The notes under the pieces are model-generated. The model made no database searches and was not told the origin of the DNA. It saw only the letters and a list, made by a program, of their open reading frames with translations. Positions 26,183 through 34,070 of a stretch of 34,070 nucleotides of DNA are shown piece after piece (positions within the stretch are counted from its first letter, which is position 1; each line of letters starts with the position of its first letter). The DNA is from a virus. The DNA is taken from IMG/VR virus record IMGVR_UViG_3300021471_000162; one strand, 5' to 3'. The translations under genes and the position numbers were made by a program.

Positions 26183-27145
26183 TCATGCGTTCGCTATTGA
26201 ATTACATAACATGATCGCGATATATAGTAATGCCAATAGTACAATAACCGACACCACTGCGGTCCCTACTGCCTCAAAGTCCATGTTTGAGGTGGGAGTG
26301 AATAGCATTGTAAGCATAGAGAATGTGCCTATCACGATTGCAATAATCACGAGTATACCAGCAAGAGATACTGATGTCTCGAAACTGTTTGTGAGGAGAT
26401 TGGTGATATCACCTACTGTTATAGTCATCGTGTAAGTGTCAGTGCTGCCCCACCCATCTGACACTCCGAAATCCACATAGTACACTCCGTTCTTGGAGGG
26501 AGTCCAGTTTCCCTGCCCAGTGGACGTATTGAAATCCGTAAATAAATCAGTTCGGCTACATGAAAAGACTGGAGTGTCACCATCAACATCGGAACTACTG
26601 AAACTGACATTAATGGACTCCCCAATATCCACATTGCGATCCGTGCCACCCGTGATTGTAATAGGGTTGTTGGGGATAACACTTGTGTGGTTTACCCATG
26701 TGTTATTGATGTTTCCGTTTGTATCTACAGTATGGGTACTTATGGTACTACAGTTATGAGGAGACGTGGATAAGTTGTAATGTGTGAGAGATGTGTTGAG
26801 CACCCATACCCCATTAATATACACCATACTGTAATTAAAATCCGAGTCTGTTGGGTTTGTCCATGTCCAGTTGTGGTAAAAATTCCCAGTGTGGTTTGTG
26901 AGGGATGTTATACTATTTGGAGGTGTGTAACTATCTACATACAACAACCTGTATTCACTGCTAACGTTGTTTGCGAACGCCTGATAGATGTATTCCCCAT
27001 CCTTTAAAGAGGTCTGCGTCGTCTCAAAGTACCAGTGCGTTGTGTTGATCTGATGCAATACACCATCATTCGGGTTCGCGGCGGCGGTGCCTGTGAACAG
27101 GAGGAGGAGGAGGAGTGTTGTGAGTATGATTTTGTACATTGACAC
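26183..27145 (-). CDS. Secreted Ig/FnIII-like glycoprotein with MCP-like C-terminal helices
   Basis: Signal peptide, many sequons, cadherin/PKD-like SDVDGD...FGVSDG, C-terminal LLTNSFETSVSLAGIL. Confidence 0.7.
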   Translation of the reverse strand: MSMYKIILTTLLLLLLFTGTAAANPNDGVLHQINTTHWYFETTQTSLKDGEYIYQAFANNVSSEYRLLYVDSYTPPNSITSLTNHTGNFYHNWTWTNPTDSDFNYSMVYINGVWVLNTSLTHYNLSTSPHNCSTISTHTVDTNGNINNTWVNHTSVIPNNPITITGGTDRNVDIGESINVSFSSSDVDGDTPVFSCSRTDLFTDFNTSTGQGNWTPSKNGVYYVDFGVSDGWGSTDTYTMTITVGDITNLLTNSFETSVSLAGILVIIAIVIGTFSMLTMLFTPTSNMDFEAVGTAVVSVIVLLALLYIAIMLCNSIANA

Positions 27146-27158
27146 ATCTCCATGTTAT

Positions 27159-29321
27159 TTAGTAGGTAAGCCGACCGCCAATAATAACACCGTCATCCGA
27201 GGCAGCGCAATCCGCATGCACGCAGAACGCCCCAGCGCTCGCACCGCTACTCGCATGACCGCCCAGCCCGACAACGCGCCAACCGGTATTTTGCCAGTAA
27301 TAGTCACAGATATAAGAACTGGCGGTACCGACAGATGCTGGGAGGAATCCGCGGTCCGTATCACATAAAGTTATTTGCCAATTATTTGTGGATGCGAGGG
27401 TTACACCGATATCGGTGTACCCGACACTGGTATCATCAGCCCAAGCAGATGCATTGTTCGTGACGTAAGGGGAATGGTCGTAGATATTGATGCCGTCTAC
27501 CCATTTCCATACATTGCCATACCAGTTTTCAATACCACGATACGTCATGTACGCGTCATTCGTGTTGCCACCGACTGAGTTCGTGCCATCACCGTCGCCG
27601 TTGGACTTGCCACACTGCCCAATGTAGCTGTCCGCTGTCCATGTTCCGCCTGATAGTTGTGTTCTTCCGTATCCTATTGCGTTCTGTGAGTCGAAGTCCG
27701 CGTATTCGATGAGGTAGAGGAGTTGCACCGCGGAGTTTAAATCGAAGTCGAGCTGCCGCCATCCTGCACCGCGCTCGAATGCCATCGCGCGGAACTCTGA
27801 CCTCCGCTCATTGGTCTTAGGGTACTCTCCTGAAATTGAACAGAGTTTGTCTCCAGATGTATACATATCGTCCGTGATGTTTGTGCTCGGAACCATCGCC
27901 CCGGTTGAGGCGTCCCACATACTCCCCTCGTACGCGCCGATGTAGCGGTAATCTACCTCTGCGCCATCTTTTATAAACGCAGGGTGTACTTCAAAGCCCG
28001 TGAGGTTGAAGCGGCTGATGTTCCATGAATGTGTTGATCCGGTGAAGGTGTGATCGAAGTAAAACTTCGGTATCTCGACCATCACCTGTCCGTCTGCACC
28101 CGATAGGTCTGCGAGTGTGCCATCCGCTTTCAGTGAGGAGTTTGCAGGGTCGAGATAGTAATTTACCGTGCCGTTGTCCCATAGCGTGCAGCGGCGGATA
28201 TGAGACCACGGAAAAATGTTGTCAAAGTCGGGCTGGGTATACGAGCCGACAGTGGTTGTGCGAACATAAGAGTTCGTTGATTCGTTCCAGTCGGTGCCAC
28301 AAGTCGTGTAGGTGTAGTTTGTACCGTTCCAGTTGAATGTGAAATAGGATAGTTCGCTAGTGGATATACTCACATTGATAGTAGTATGATTGGTGTAGAT
28401 AGTTGTTGCGTTTCCAGGAGTCGGTGAGGTGAAATTAAGTTCTGACACGTAAGCCCAAGGGTCAAGAATGAAAAAATGACCGTTAGCGATAGCTTGTGGG
28501 ATGGTTTCACTATGTGGTTTTATCGCTATATCATATTTTCCATTCCCACCGTTAGTACGGATGCGGGTGCGGATGGTATACATTTGCCCGGCATTCACAT
28601 GAGCACCTAAAATATAATACCATGTATCCTTATCATCGTAATTATAATTTACCTTTTGGAACTTACCTGAAATATCATAATAATCTACAGTTTTGTTTTG
28701 CCGTGTATGCCAATACGCAGTGTAATTCATGCCATCGGTTTCATAAGAATCGAACGCTATGACTGCTGTTGCTTCAGTCCATTCATCACAATCCAAAGTT
28801 GTGTTGTTGAGTTGCGCGCATCGCTGGTAAGTGATCGTATAACGATGTGTGTTGTAGGTATTTCCATAGTCTAGTGGAGTGGCATCGGGCGTGTTTACAA
28901 TCGATGATACGTTATAAAACCATATACGGTGGGAGGTATTATAGTACACCTTATGTGGAGCAAATAATTGAGCAGCAACCGGATAGCTATAAGAAGTGTT
29001 GAAACCGTATGCAATATCAATATCTCCACTCCAGTTTTTGGATATGAATGTCGAGTAGACCCATGTGCCCCCATATATTGAAGCAGGAGTTGCAGAAATA
29101 TAATATAAAGGGGTGTCTTCATATACTGTGTAGCCATCCGGTGTAAAAATATATGCGTTTGAATCAGTTGAGAACAATGTCGACAAAAAGAATAATAGAC
29201 CAAATACAATGATTATAGCAACAATATAATGTTTTAACCCAATTTCTTTTAGAAGAGATGGCATCTGAAGTGCCTCCAGAGGTGTATCGATTTCATGAAA
29301 GGTTTTTATGATGTTGAACAT
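27159..29321 (-). CDS. Receptor-binding protein with C-terminal C-type-lectin (FGE/DGR target-like) domain
   Basis: N-terminal TM; VEIPKFY, YIGAYEG, YRGIENWYGNVWKWVDG, terminal GG...AGAF...IGGRL. Confidence 0.75.
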   Translation of the reverse strand: MFNIIKTFHEIDTPLEALQMPSLLKEIGLKHYIVAIIIVFGLLFFLSTLFSTDSNAYIFTPDGYTVYEDTPLYYISATPASIYGGTWVYSTFISKNWSGDIDIAYGFNTSYSYPVAAQLFAPHKVYYNTSHRIWFYNVSSIVNTPDATPLDYGNTYNTHRYTITYQRCAQLNNTTLDCDEWTEATAVIAFDSYETDGMNYTAYWHTRQNKTVDYYDISGKFQKVNYNYDDKDTWYYILGAHVNAGQMYTIRTRIRTNGGNGKYDIAIKPHSETIPQAIANGHFFILDPWAYVSELNFTSPTPGNATTIYTNHTTINVSISTSELSYFTFNWNGTNYTYTTCGTDWNESTNSYVRTTTVGSYTQPDFDNIFPWSHIRRCTLWDNGTVNYYLDPANSSLKADGTLADLSGADGQVMVEIPKFYFDHTFTGSTHSWNISRFNLTGFEVHPAFIKDGAEVDYRYIGAYEGSMWDASTGAMVPSTNITDDMYTSGDKLCSISGEYPKTNERRSEFRAMAFERGAGWRQLDFDLNSAVQLLYLIEYADFDSQNAIGYGRTQLSGGTWTADSYIGQCGKSNGDGDGTNSVGGNTNDAYMTYRGIENWYGNVWKWVDGINIYDHSPYVTNNASAWADDTSVGYTDIGVTLASTNNWQITLCDTDRGFLPASVGTASSYICDYYWQNTGWRVVGLGGHASSGASAGAFCVHADCAASDDGVIIGGRLTY

Positions 29322-29361
29322 TTATAAAGTTTTTGGTGTCTAAGTGTGGAGAGTGGAAACC

Positions 29362-29658
29362 TCATAGTTTTCCACTCACATCTCTAACCACATCTACCGC
29401 ATTCACGATTGAATACAGAATCATTATTCCGCCGAATATGACCAGAAATAAAGATATGGACCCTGGCGCGTACTGGACAGTCTCGATTGTGCTGGTGCTG
29501 TTATTGGTCATCACATAATCACGCGTGACACCGCCAAACATATCAAATCCGAGAATCAAGTACAGGATACCGGCTGTGAATCCGGAAAGTATGTGAGTGT
29601 AGTTCTCGTTATCCTTTGATATCCATGCATAGAAGGTCATGAGAACTGCCAGACACAT
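29362..29658 (-). CDS. Small multi-pass membrane protein
   Basis: 3 TMs; frame stays open upstream to a GGAGG RBS, so the start may be earlier and non-ATG. Confidence 0.7.
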   Translation of the reverse strand: MCLAVLMTFYAWISKDNENYTHILSGFTAGILYLILGFDMFGGVTRDYVMTNNSTSTIETVQYAPGSISLFLVIFGGIMILYSIVNAVDVVRDVSGKL

Positions 29659-29850
29659 TATGACAATAAATATATCAAGTAATATTATAACCAGCCTCCT
29701 TGTGTTTTTGTGACTGTCATCAGTATATCAATACACCCCATATTATTTAAAACTATGCCGCCGCGGTGGATGTTATTGGCGTCTGCCGCTCCAGCAGCGC
29801 ATTATTTATCTTTCTTGTGAAGAATGAAGTATGGATTAGCACGATTTTGT

Positions 29851-29898
29851 CCGGTATTACTTTCGGAGAACGGTATTACTTATGTTTCCGGTATTACT
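29851..29898. repeat. Three direct repeats CGGTATTACT
   Basis: Copies start at 29852, 29871 and 29889. Confidence 0.8.
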
Positions 29899-30049
29899 GT
29901 CTTTTTTTGTAGTACCGCCAGAAGAGTGTAAGGAACAATCGCTTGATATCTGCGAACAGAATGATTGTGTCTGCGAGCGCCCACCATAACCAGCAAGCAT
30001 CTTTACGCGGGTACCACCCGTGACGGATGCGATCAAAGTTCTCGTTCAT
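29894..30049 (-). CDS. Small hydrophobic hypothetical protein
   Basis: MNENFDRIRHGW...; downstream of mini-TFB. Confidence 0.35.
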   Translation of the reverse strand: MNENFDRIRHGWYPRKDACWLWWALADTIILFADIKRLFLTLFWRYYKKRQ

Positions 30050-30362
30050 CTGCCACACCCTGCATCCGTCTGGATGTATTCCGGATCGTTGCCTCGCATA
30101 CACCGCTCGCTTTTGCGATATCACACTGTGTCCAAGAGGGTATACCGTCTTCGCGGTATAGACTACAGACACGACTCGTACACCATACTGCCGCAGCAGC
30201 CACAGATCGGTTTGTGGCTGATCCTATCCTATGATCCGGAACGATAGACATTACGGTATCAACAATATGTCGCGCGTCATGCTCCAGGTCGTCTTCAAGT
30301 AGCGCAGTCACGATCTGGCTGACATGTTCCTCGATTGATTTTTGTGGTTTGTATGCCATCAC
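30033..30362 (-). CDS. Mini-TFB: single C-terminal cyclin repeat of TFIIB
   Basis: SVAAAAVW...WTQCDIAKASGVCEATIRN matches TFB repeat 2 (AAAAxY...TQxEIAxxxGVTEVTIRN). Confidence 0.8.
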   Translation of the reverse strand: MMAYKPQKSIEEHVSQIVTALLEDDLEHDARHIVDTVMSIVPDHRIGSATNRSVAAAAVWCTSRVCSLYREDGIPSWTQCDIAKASGVCEATIRNTSRRMQGVADEREL

Positions 30363-30904
30363 ACAACCTCTTTCTCTCTCATTACCTCGCTCATCTCTGC
30401 GCGGCTTGGGGTTGCATAATGTTCCTGGATCACACGGATCGTGTCGCCGGTGAGTTCCGCAACCTGCTCTGGTGTCCAGCCTGCGTGCTGACAGAACTTC
30501 ACACAGGTCGAGCGCAACGCGTGGAATGGTCTGCGCGGGATGCCGGCTTTGATGCAGAGACGCTGTAGTTTACGGTAGGCAGTACTCCCAGAGAAGGCAA
30601 ACAGCATCTTCTGTTTCTTTGGAAGCGTGGCGATGTACTTCCGCATCAATTGTGTCATGTTCGCTCCGAGCGGGACTGTTCTGATCCGGTTCTTCTTCTT
30701 CTCGAAGTAAGTCATGCTCGCTTCATCGAGATTGATGTCAGCGATGCGTATATTCACGATGTCTTCACGCCTCAAGCCGAACGCAACACCCATCTTCAAG
30801 AGAAGTTCATCTTCGAGTGTGCCGGTGACCTGAAGCAGCTTTCCGAATTCTTTGTGTGTCAGGGCGAACTGCCCTGTTGTGTATGAACTATTAGGGTTCT
30901 GCAT
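30359..30904 (-). CDS. int: Minimal tyrosine recombinase/integrase
   Basis: GLRREDI (R), KKKNR (K), HALR (H-x-x-R), EHY (Y); 181 aa, no N-terminal binding domain. Confidence 0.88.
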   Translation of the reverse strand: MQNPNSSYTTGQFALTHKEFGKLLQVTGTLEDELLLKMGVAFGLRREDIVNIRIADINLDEASMTYFEKKKNRIRTVPLGANMTQLMRKYIATLPKKQKMLFAFSGSTAYRKLQRLCIKAGIPRRPFHALRSTCVKFCQHAGWTPEQVAELTGDTIRVIQEHYATPSRAEMSEVMREKEVV

Positions 30905-31344
30905 AGTTCATAATCGAACAACAGGATATAAAAATCTATCTGATAGGATGGTGAATTGAACTTTAATAGCGGAAGTCGTGCAGTTACAAAAACTATAAGT
31001 AGTGTGCCGACAGATGTAAACATACCCGTTCGCGTGGGTTGATGCTACACCGGGGGTTTTTATTTTTCCCACTTACTAACCCCCCCTCCCCATCCCCCGG
31101 TGTAAGCATATATTTTAACTTACAATCGTTCTCTTTGACTGTGACCTTCACCTTTTACCCACAGGTATCCTTCTGAAAATAGTCGGTGAAAAAATATCCC
31201 AATCGGAGCAGATTAATACCACACACAAATTAGTAGAGTGCTCTCCTATCAGCAACAGGAACATCACCGGTAAAATCATCTCTATTTTAGGCAAAGAAGC
31301 ATTATGGGTGCTGGTTAGATGTGTCACCGACCATTCACCACCTG

Positions 31345-31528
31345 AAAACGCTATCAGTAGGGCTCATGGTGAATGGTGAAACAGGTGAAACCTCATAGAG
31401 ACATACACACCAAGTTGAACATATTCTAATTCTAGTGAAAGGTTGAATGTAGTCTCTAGTTACTAGTTATATATATTATATAAGAGGGAGGTTTCACCAT
31501 TCACCACGAGCCTTACTGCTATCGTTTT
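31345..31528. other. Candidate replication origin
   Basis: 38-bp inverted repeat 31345-31382/31491-31528 (34/38 match) flanking AT-rich TTATATATATTATATAA; multiple GGTGAA/TTCACC motifs; upstream of helicase operon. Confidence 0.6.
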
Positions 31529-31709
31529 TTTGAGTGAAAGATAAGGTGAAACCTTTTTGCACGTCCGACCGATAGCGTTTTACATTCACCCAATCCTTCA
31601 TCTCAAAAAAATTTTTCGTTATGCGTGTCGATTTTTAAGCCAGTCTGCCCGATTTCCAAACAGCACATACATCTATCGAATATACGTGAACTAGGCGCAG
31701 CTAACACAA

Positions 31710-31735
31710 CGAAACGTATATATACGTTGCGCACA
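31710..31735 (+). promoter_or_regulatory. Promoter/operator, second copy of the 26-bp element
   Basis: Identical to 895-920; 11 nt before the RHH ATG. Confidence 0.65.
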
Positions 31736-31746
31736 CATATACACAC

Positions 31747-31896
31747 ATGGACTCAGAAAACCCAATATATCTATCATGTCGCACGCCGGCTAATGATGCA
31801 AGGAAGATTGACAAACTTGTAAGTCAAGGAATCTACGTAAATCGCAGTGATTTCATACGCACCGCGATCCGAGAACTTCTCCAGAAACAACATTGA
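31747..31896 (+). CDS. Ribbon-helix-helix (CopG/Arc/MetJ) regulator (not in track)
   Basis: IYLSCRTPANDARKIDKLVSQGIYVNRSDFIRTAIRELL. Confidence 0.85.
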   Translation: MDSENPIYLSCRTPANDARKIDKLVSQGIYVNRSDFIRTAIRELLQKQH

Positions 31897-31908
31897 GGTG
31901 GATGCGGC

Positions 31909-33426
31909 ATGTCCTCACCACTCATTCGATTCAATGTTGTTAATTATGAGCGATTCAGAGAACTACTGAATGAATTTGAGACCGATCCTCTTTCTACACA
32001 CCACTTAACAAAAATCAAGAGCGAGGAAGAGGGGATCGGTTACGAAACCCCTGACGATATATGGATATCCTCCGCAATTAATCTCGGCATAATTGAGATT
32101 CGCAATGACAGCCCCACTATAGATCAGCGTCCGGTGATAGGAGGGCATGAAGTAATCCTCAATAGTGATGGGCTTGAGTGGGTCCGCGCACAGGACGGTA
32201 GGCTTGCGTATGGTAAGATGGGAGAGTGGGAGTGCACGGGATGTGGCACAGTCCAGGAAGGAGCACAGCCATTCACGAAAGGAAAAGTGGTGAAGCCATA
32301 CAAATGCTCTAATCCAGGATGCGGGCGCAAAGACAAATTCCGGCTAACCTCCCCACCCCATCTACAACGCCCGGTATGGCTGGTACCAGGCAAACCAAAG
32401 GAGTGTACCGCCGCAGAGATTTTTGAACACCTCCTCGAATTCTATCACCAACATCTTGTTCTAAAAGAACATGAGTATGATATCCTTGCGCTCTGGGTCA
32501 TGGCGTCATGGCTCGTGGACGACTTCCATACATGCCCATATCTCGCTCTCATCGCCCCCAAGTCGAGCGGGAAGACACAAGTACTGGAGGCTATCCGGCA
32601 GACAGCATACAGGGCGTATGCGACCTCCTCCGTTACACCTGCTGCGCTGTTCCGTAGTATTGAAATGTGGCATCTCACATTATGTATCGATGAAGCACAG
32701 GACTTGATCAACAGCAACACAGAAACAGGGCAGGCAATTTACGCTTGCTTATTAGCAGGATACAAGCGTGGCATTTCTGCACTGCGAGCGGGTGACAAAT
32801 CAGTTGATTTCGCACCAGAATCGTTCGATTTGTTTGGCTTCAAAGCATTTTCTGGCACGAAACTAGTTCTTGACACACTTGAGAGCCGCTCAATCACTTT
32901 TGACATGCAAAAATCCAAACCTAAAAAAATCATAATAAATGAAGATTATGCGATGGAATTGCGTTCAATGCTCTTATGGTATCGGTTCACACACCTTCAC
33001 AAATTAAAAATGCGGATGCCTCACGAGTGCGAGTCCGGCAGGCTCATTGAATTATTTACGCCGTTGTACACTGTGGAACATGGACTCGACTGCATAGAAT
33101 CTCTTGATTTTACCCTTGAAAAAATGCTTACCCGCGATTCAGAAGAGGAAAAGAACACGCTCGAAGCAGAGATCATGACTGCGATCAGTACGCTCCTCGA
33201 AACTCCTACAGAGGGTACTTTCACAGATCGGCACATGATTCTGATTCATGAGATCATATACGAGCTGGCATGGGAGCAAAACAGGAAAAGCAGCACTATC
33301 ATCGGAAAAAAACTGAAAGTGATGGGCATTCCCACACGGCATACTAAACACGGTAACGGTATCGATATCGGCGATCCTTCCGTTCTTGCAACTGTAAATC
33401 AATTAATTAAGAGGTATGTTCTATGA
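31909..33426 (+). CDS. Putative replicative helicase/Rep (P-loop NTPase with MCM-like Zn finger)
   Basis: CTGC...CSNPGC Zn finger; Walker A APKSSGKT; Walker B LCIDE; GAGGTG RBS. Confidence 0.7.
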   Translation: MSSPLIRFNVVNYERFRELLNEFETDPLSTHHLTKIKSEEEGIGYETPDDIWISSAINLGIIEIRNDSPTIDQRPVIGGHEVILNSDGLEWVRAQDGRLAYGKMGEWECTGCGTVQEGAQPFTKGKVVKPYKCSNPGCGRKDKFRLTSPPHLQRPVWLVPGKPKECTAAEIFEHLLEFYHQHLVLKEHEYDILALWVMASWLVDDFHTCPYLALIAPKSSGKTQVLEAIRQTAYRAYATSSVTPAALFRSIEMWHLTLCIDEAQDLINSNTETGQAIYACLLAGYKRGISALRAGDKSVDFAPESFDLFGFKAFSGTKLVLDTLESRSITFDMQKSKPKKIIINEDYAMELRSMLLWYRFTHLHKLKMRMPHECESGRLIELFTPLYTVEHGLDCIESLDFTLEKMLTRDSEEEKNTLEAEIMTAISTLLETPTEGTFTDRHMILIHEIIYELAWEQNRKSSTIIGKKLKVMGIPTRHTKHGNGIDIGDPSVLATVNQLIKRYVL

Positions 33427-33821
33427 AAAACGAAGATATAGATATAACGCCTGTTGAAGGCGTCGACTTCTACCGCGACACGGTAGTACAATATCTCGTA
33501 TCGATAGATGTAAATGTCGGTGGCTTCGGGTCAGAGGATGAATCTGCGATATGCTCTCGAGCGATCGAGAATCTACGCGATGGAACTTCAGAAGGCAACG
33601 CCATGATCGTGCACCAGGAGAAAATCAGAGATGTCGAACTCGACATGCACACAGACCTTCCATTTAATCACGTGGAATGGGTGAAAAACAAACTCGCCAA
33701 ACTCGGTCTAAACGAGGATGGTAAACCATTACGTCCTTACGAGAAAGAACGCCCGAAAAACGAAACAACGTTGTTCCGTTTCATTCATTCTCCATCAGAG
33801 GGGATCAAACATGGGGCGTAA
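33423..33821 (+). CDS. Hypothetical protein
   Basis: 132 aa; ATGA overlap with helicase. Confidence 0.7.
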   Translation: MKNEDIDITPVEGVDFYRDTVVQYLVSIDVNVGGFGSEDESAICSRAIENLRDGTSEGNAMIVHQEKIRDVELDMHTDLPFNHVEWVKNKLAKLGLNEDGKPLRPYEKERPKNETTLFRFIHSPSEGIKHGA

Positions 33822-34005
33822 ATGGAAATATCCTCGTAAGTGTTTCTGCGGAAAAATATTCGTACCAACGTATCACGCACAGAGATACTGCTGCAAACTA
33901 CATCGCCGCATCCATGACGTAGCGATGAAGAGTAAATTCGGGCGGAATCTGCTCAAAGAGAATCCGTCAGCAGCGATACGATGGTATGGGGGGTATATCG
34001 ATTGA
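33811..34005 (+). CDS. Small Zn-finger protein
   Basis: CFCGKIFVPTYHAQRYCCKLH; start moved to MGRKW. Confidence 0.65.
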   Translation: MGRKWKYPRKCFCGKIFVPTYHAQRYCCKLHRRIHDVAMKSKFGRNLLKENPSAAIRWYGGYID

Positions 34006-34070
34006 GCACCACAACAGGGCATCCTCCAGGTTCGAAAAGAATGTCCGGCGAATGCCTGCCGCCTCCAGAT
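33944..34070. repeat. Terminal direct repeat, copy 2
   Basis: Identical to 1-127. Confidence 0.95.

Noticed and set aside
27159-29321. Complete DGR cassette
   Set aside because: No reverse transcriptase (YxDD) ORF, Avd or template repeat found by eye; only the target-like gene is reported.
29660-29830. Possible DGR template repeat (AATAAT/AATAAC motifs on the minus strand)
   Set aside because: No alignment to the invariant positions of the VR at 27168-27284.

Overview
This window is most likely the complete circular genome (~33,943 bp) of an archaeal spindle-shaped (fusellovirus-like) dsDNA virus. Bases 1-127 repeat exactly at 33944-34070, consistent with an assembly overlap. GAGGTGA/GGAGG ribosome-binding sites, TATA-like promoters, a TFB fragment and an archaeal-type tRNA-Gln fragment suggest a euryarchaeal host, plausibly Methanomicrobia/ANME-like (inference). 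A long minus-strand block (~29700 to 11758) carries morphogenesis genes: tandem two-helix major capsid proteins and paralogs, a P-loop ATPase, an SSV1 VP2-like basic protein, sequon-rich surface proteins and a C-type-lectin-fold receptor-binding protein. The rest holds a small tyrosine recombinase, a mini-TFB, a candidate origin, an RHH regulator, a P-loop helicase-like protein, a DNA methyltransferase, an ERCC4 nuclease, an HhH glycosylase-like protein, ASCH, a P-loop kinase and many small Zn-finger ORFs. The most unusual signals are: (i) five hairpin + T-tract + RBS repeats that separate small early genes like cassettes; (ii) a D-arm-less tRNA-Gln-like element behind a structured leader; (iii) a DGR-like variable region with no visible template repeat or reverse transcriptase; (iv) a possible ADP-ribosyltransferase domain in a large basic protein. 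All family calls come from motif recognition by eye; no database searches were run. Several start codons were adjusted from the ORF track using RBS and overlap logic.
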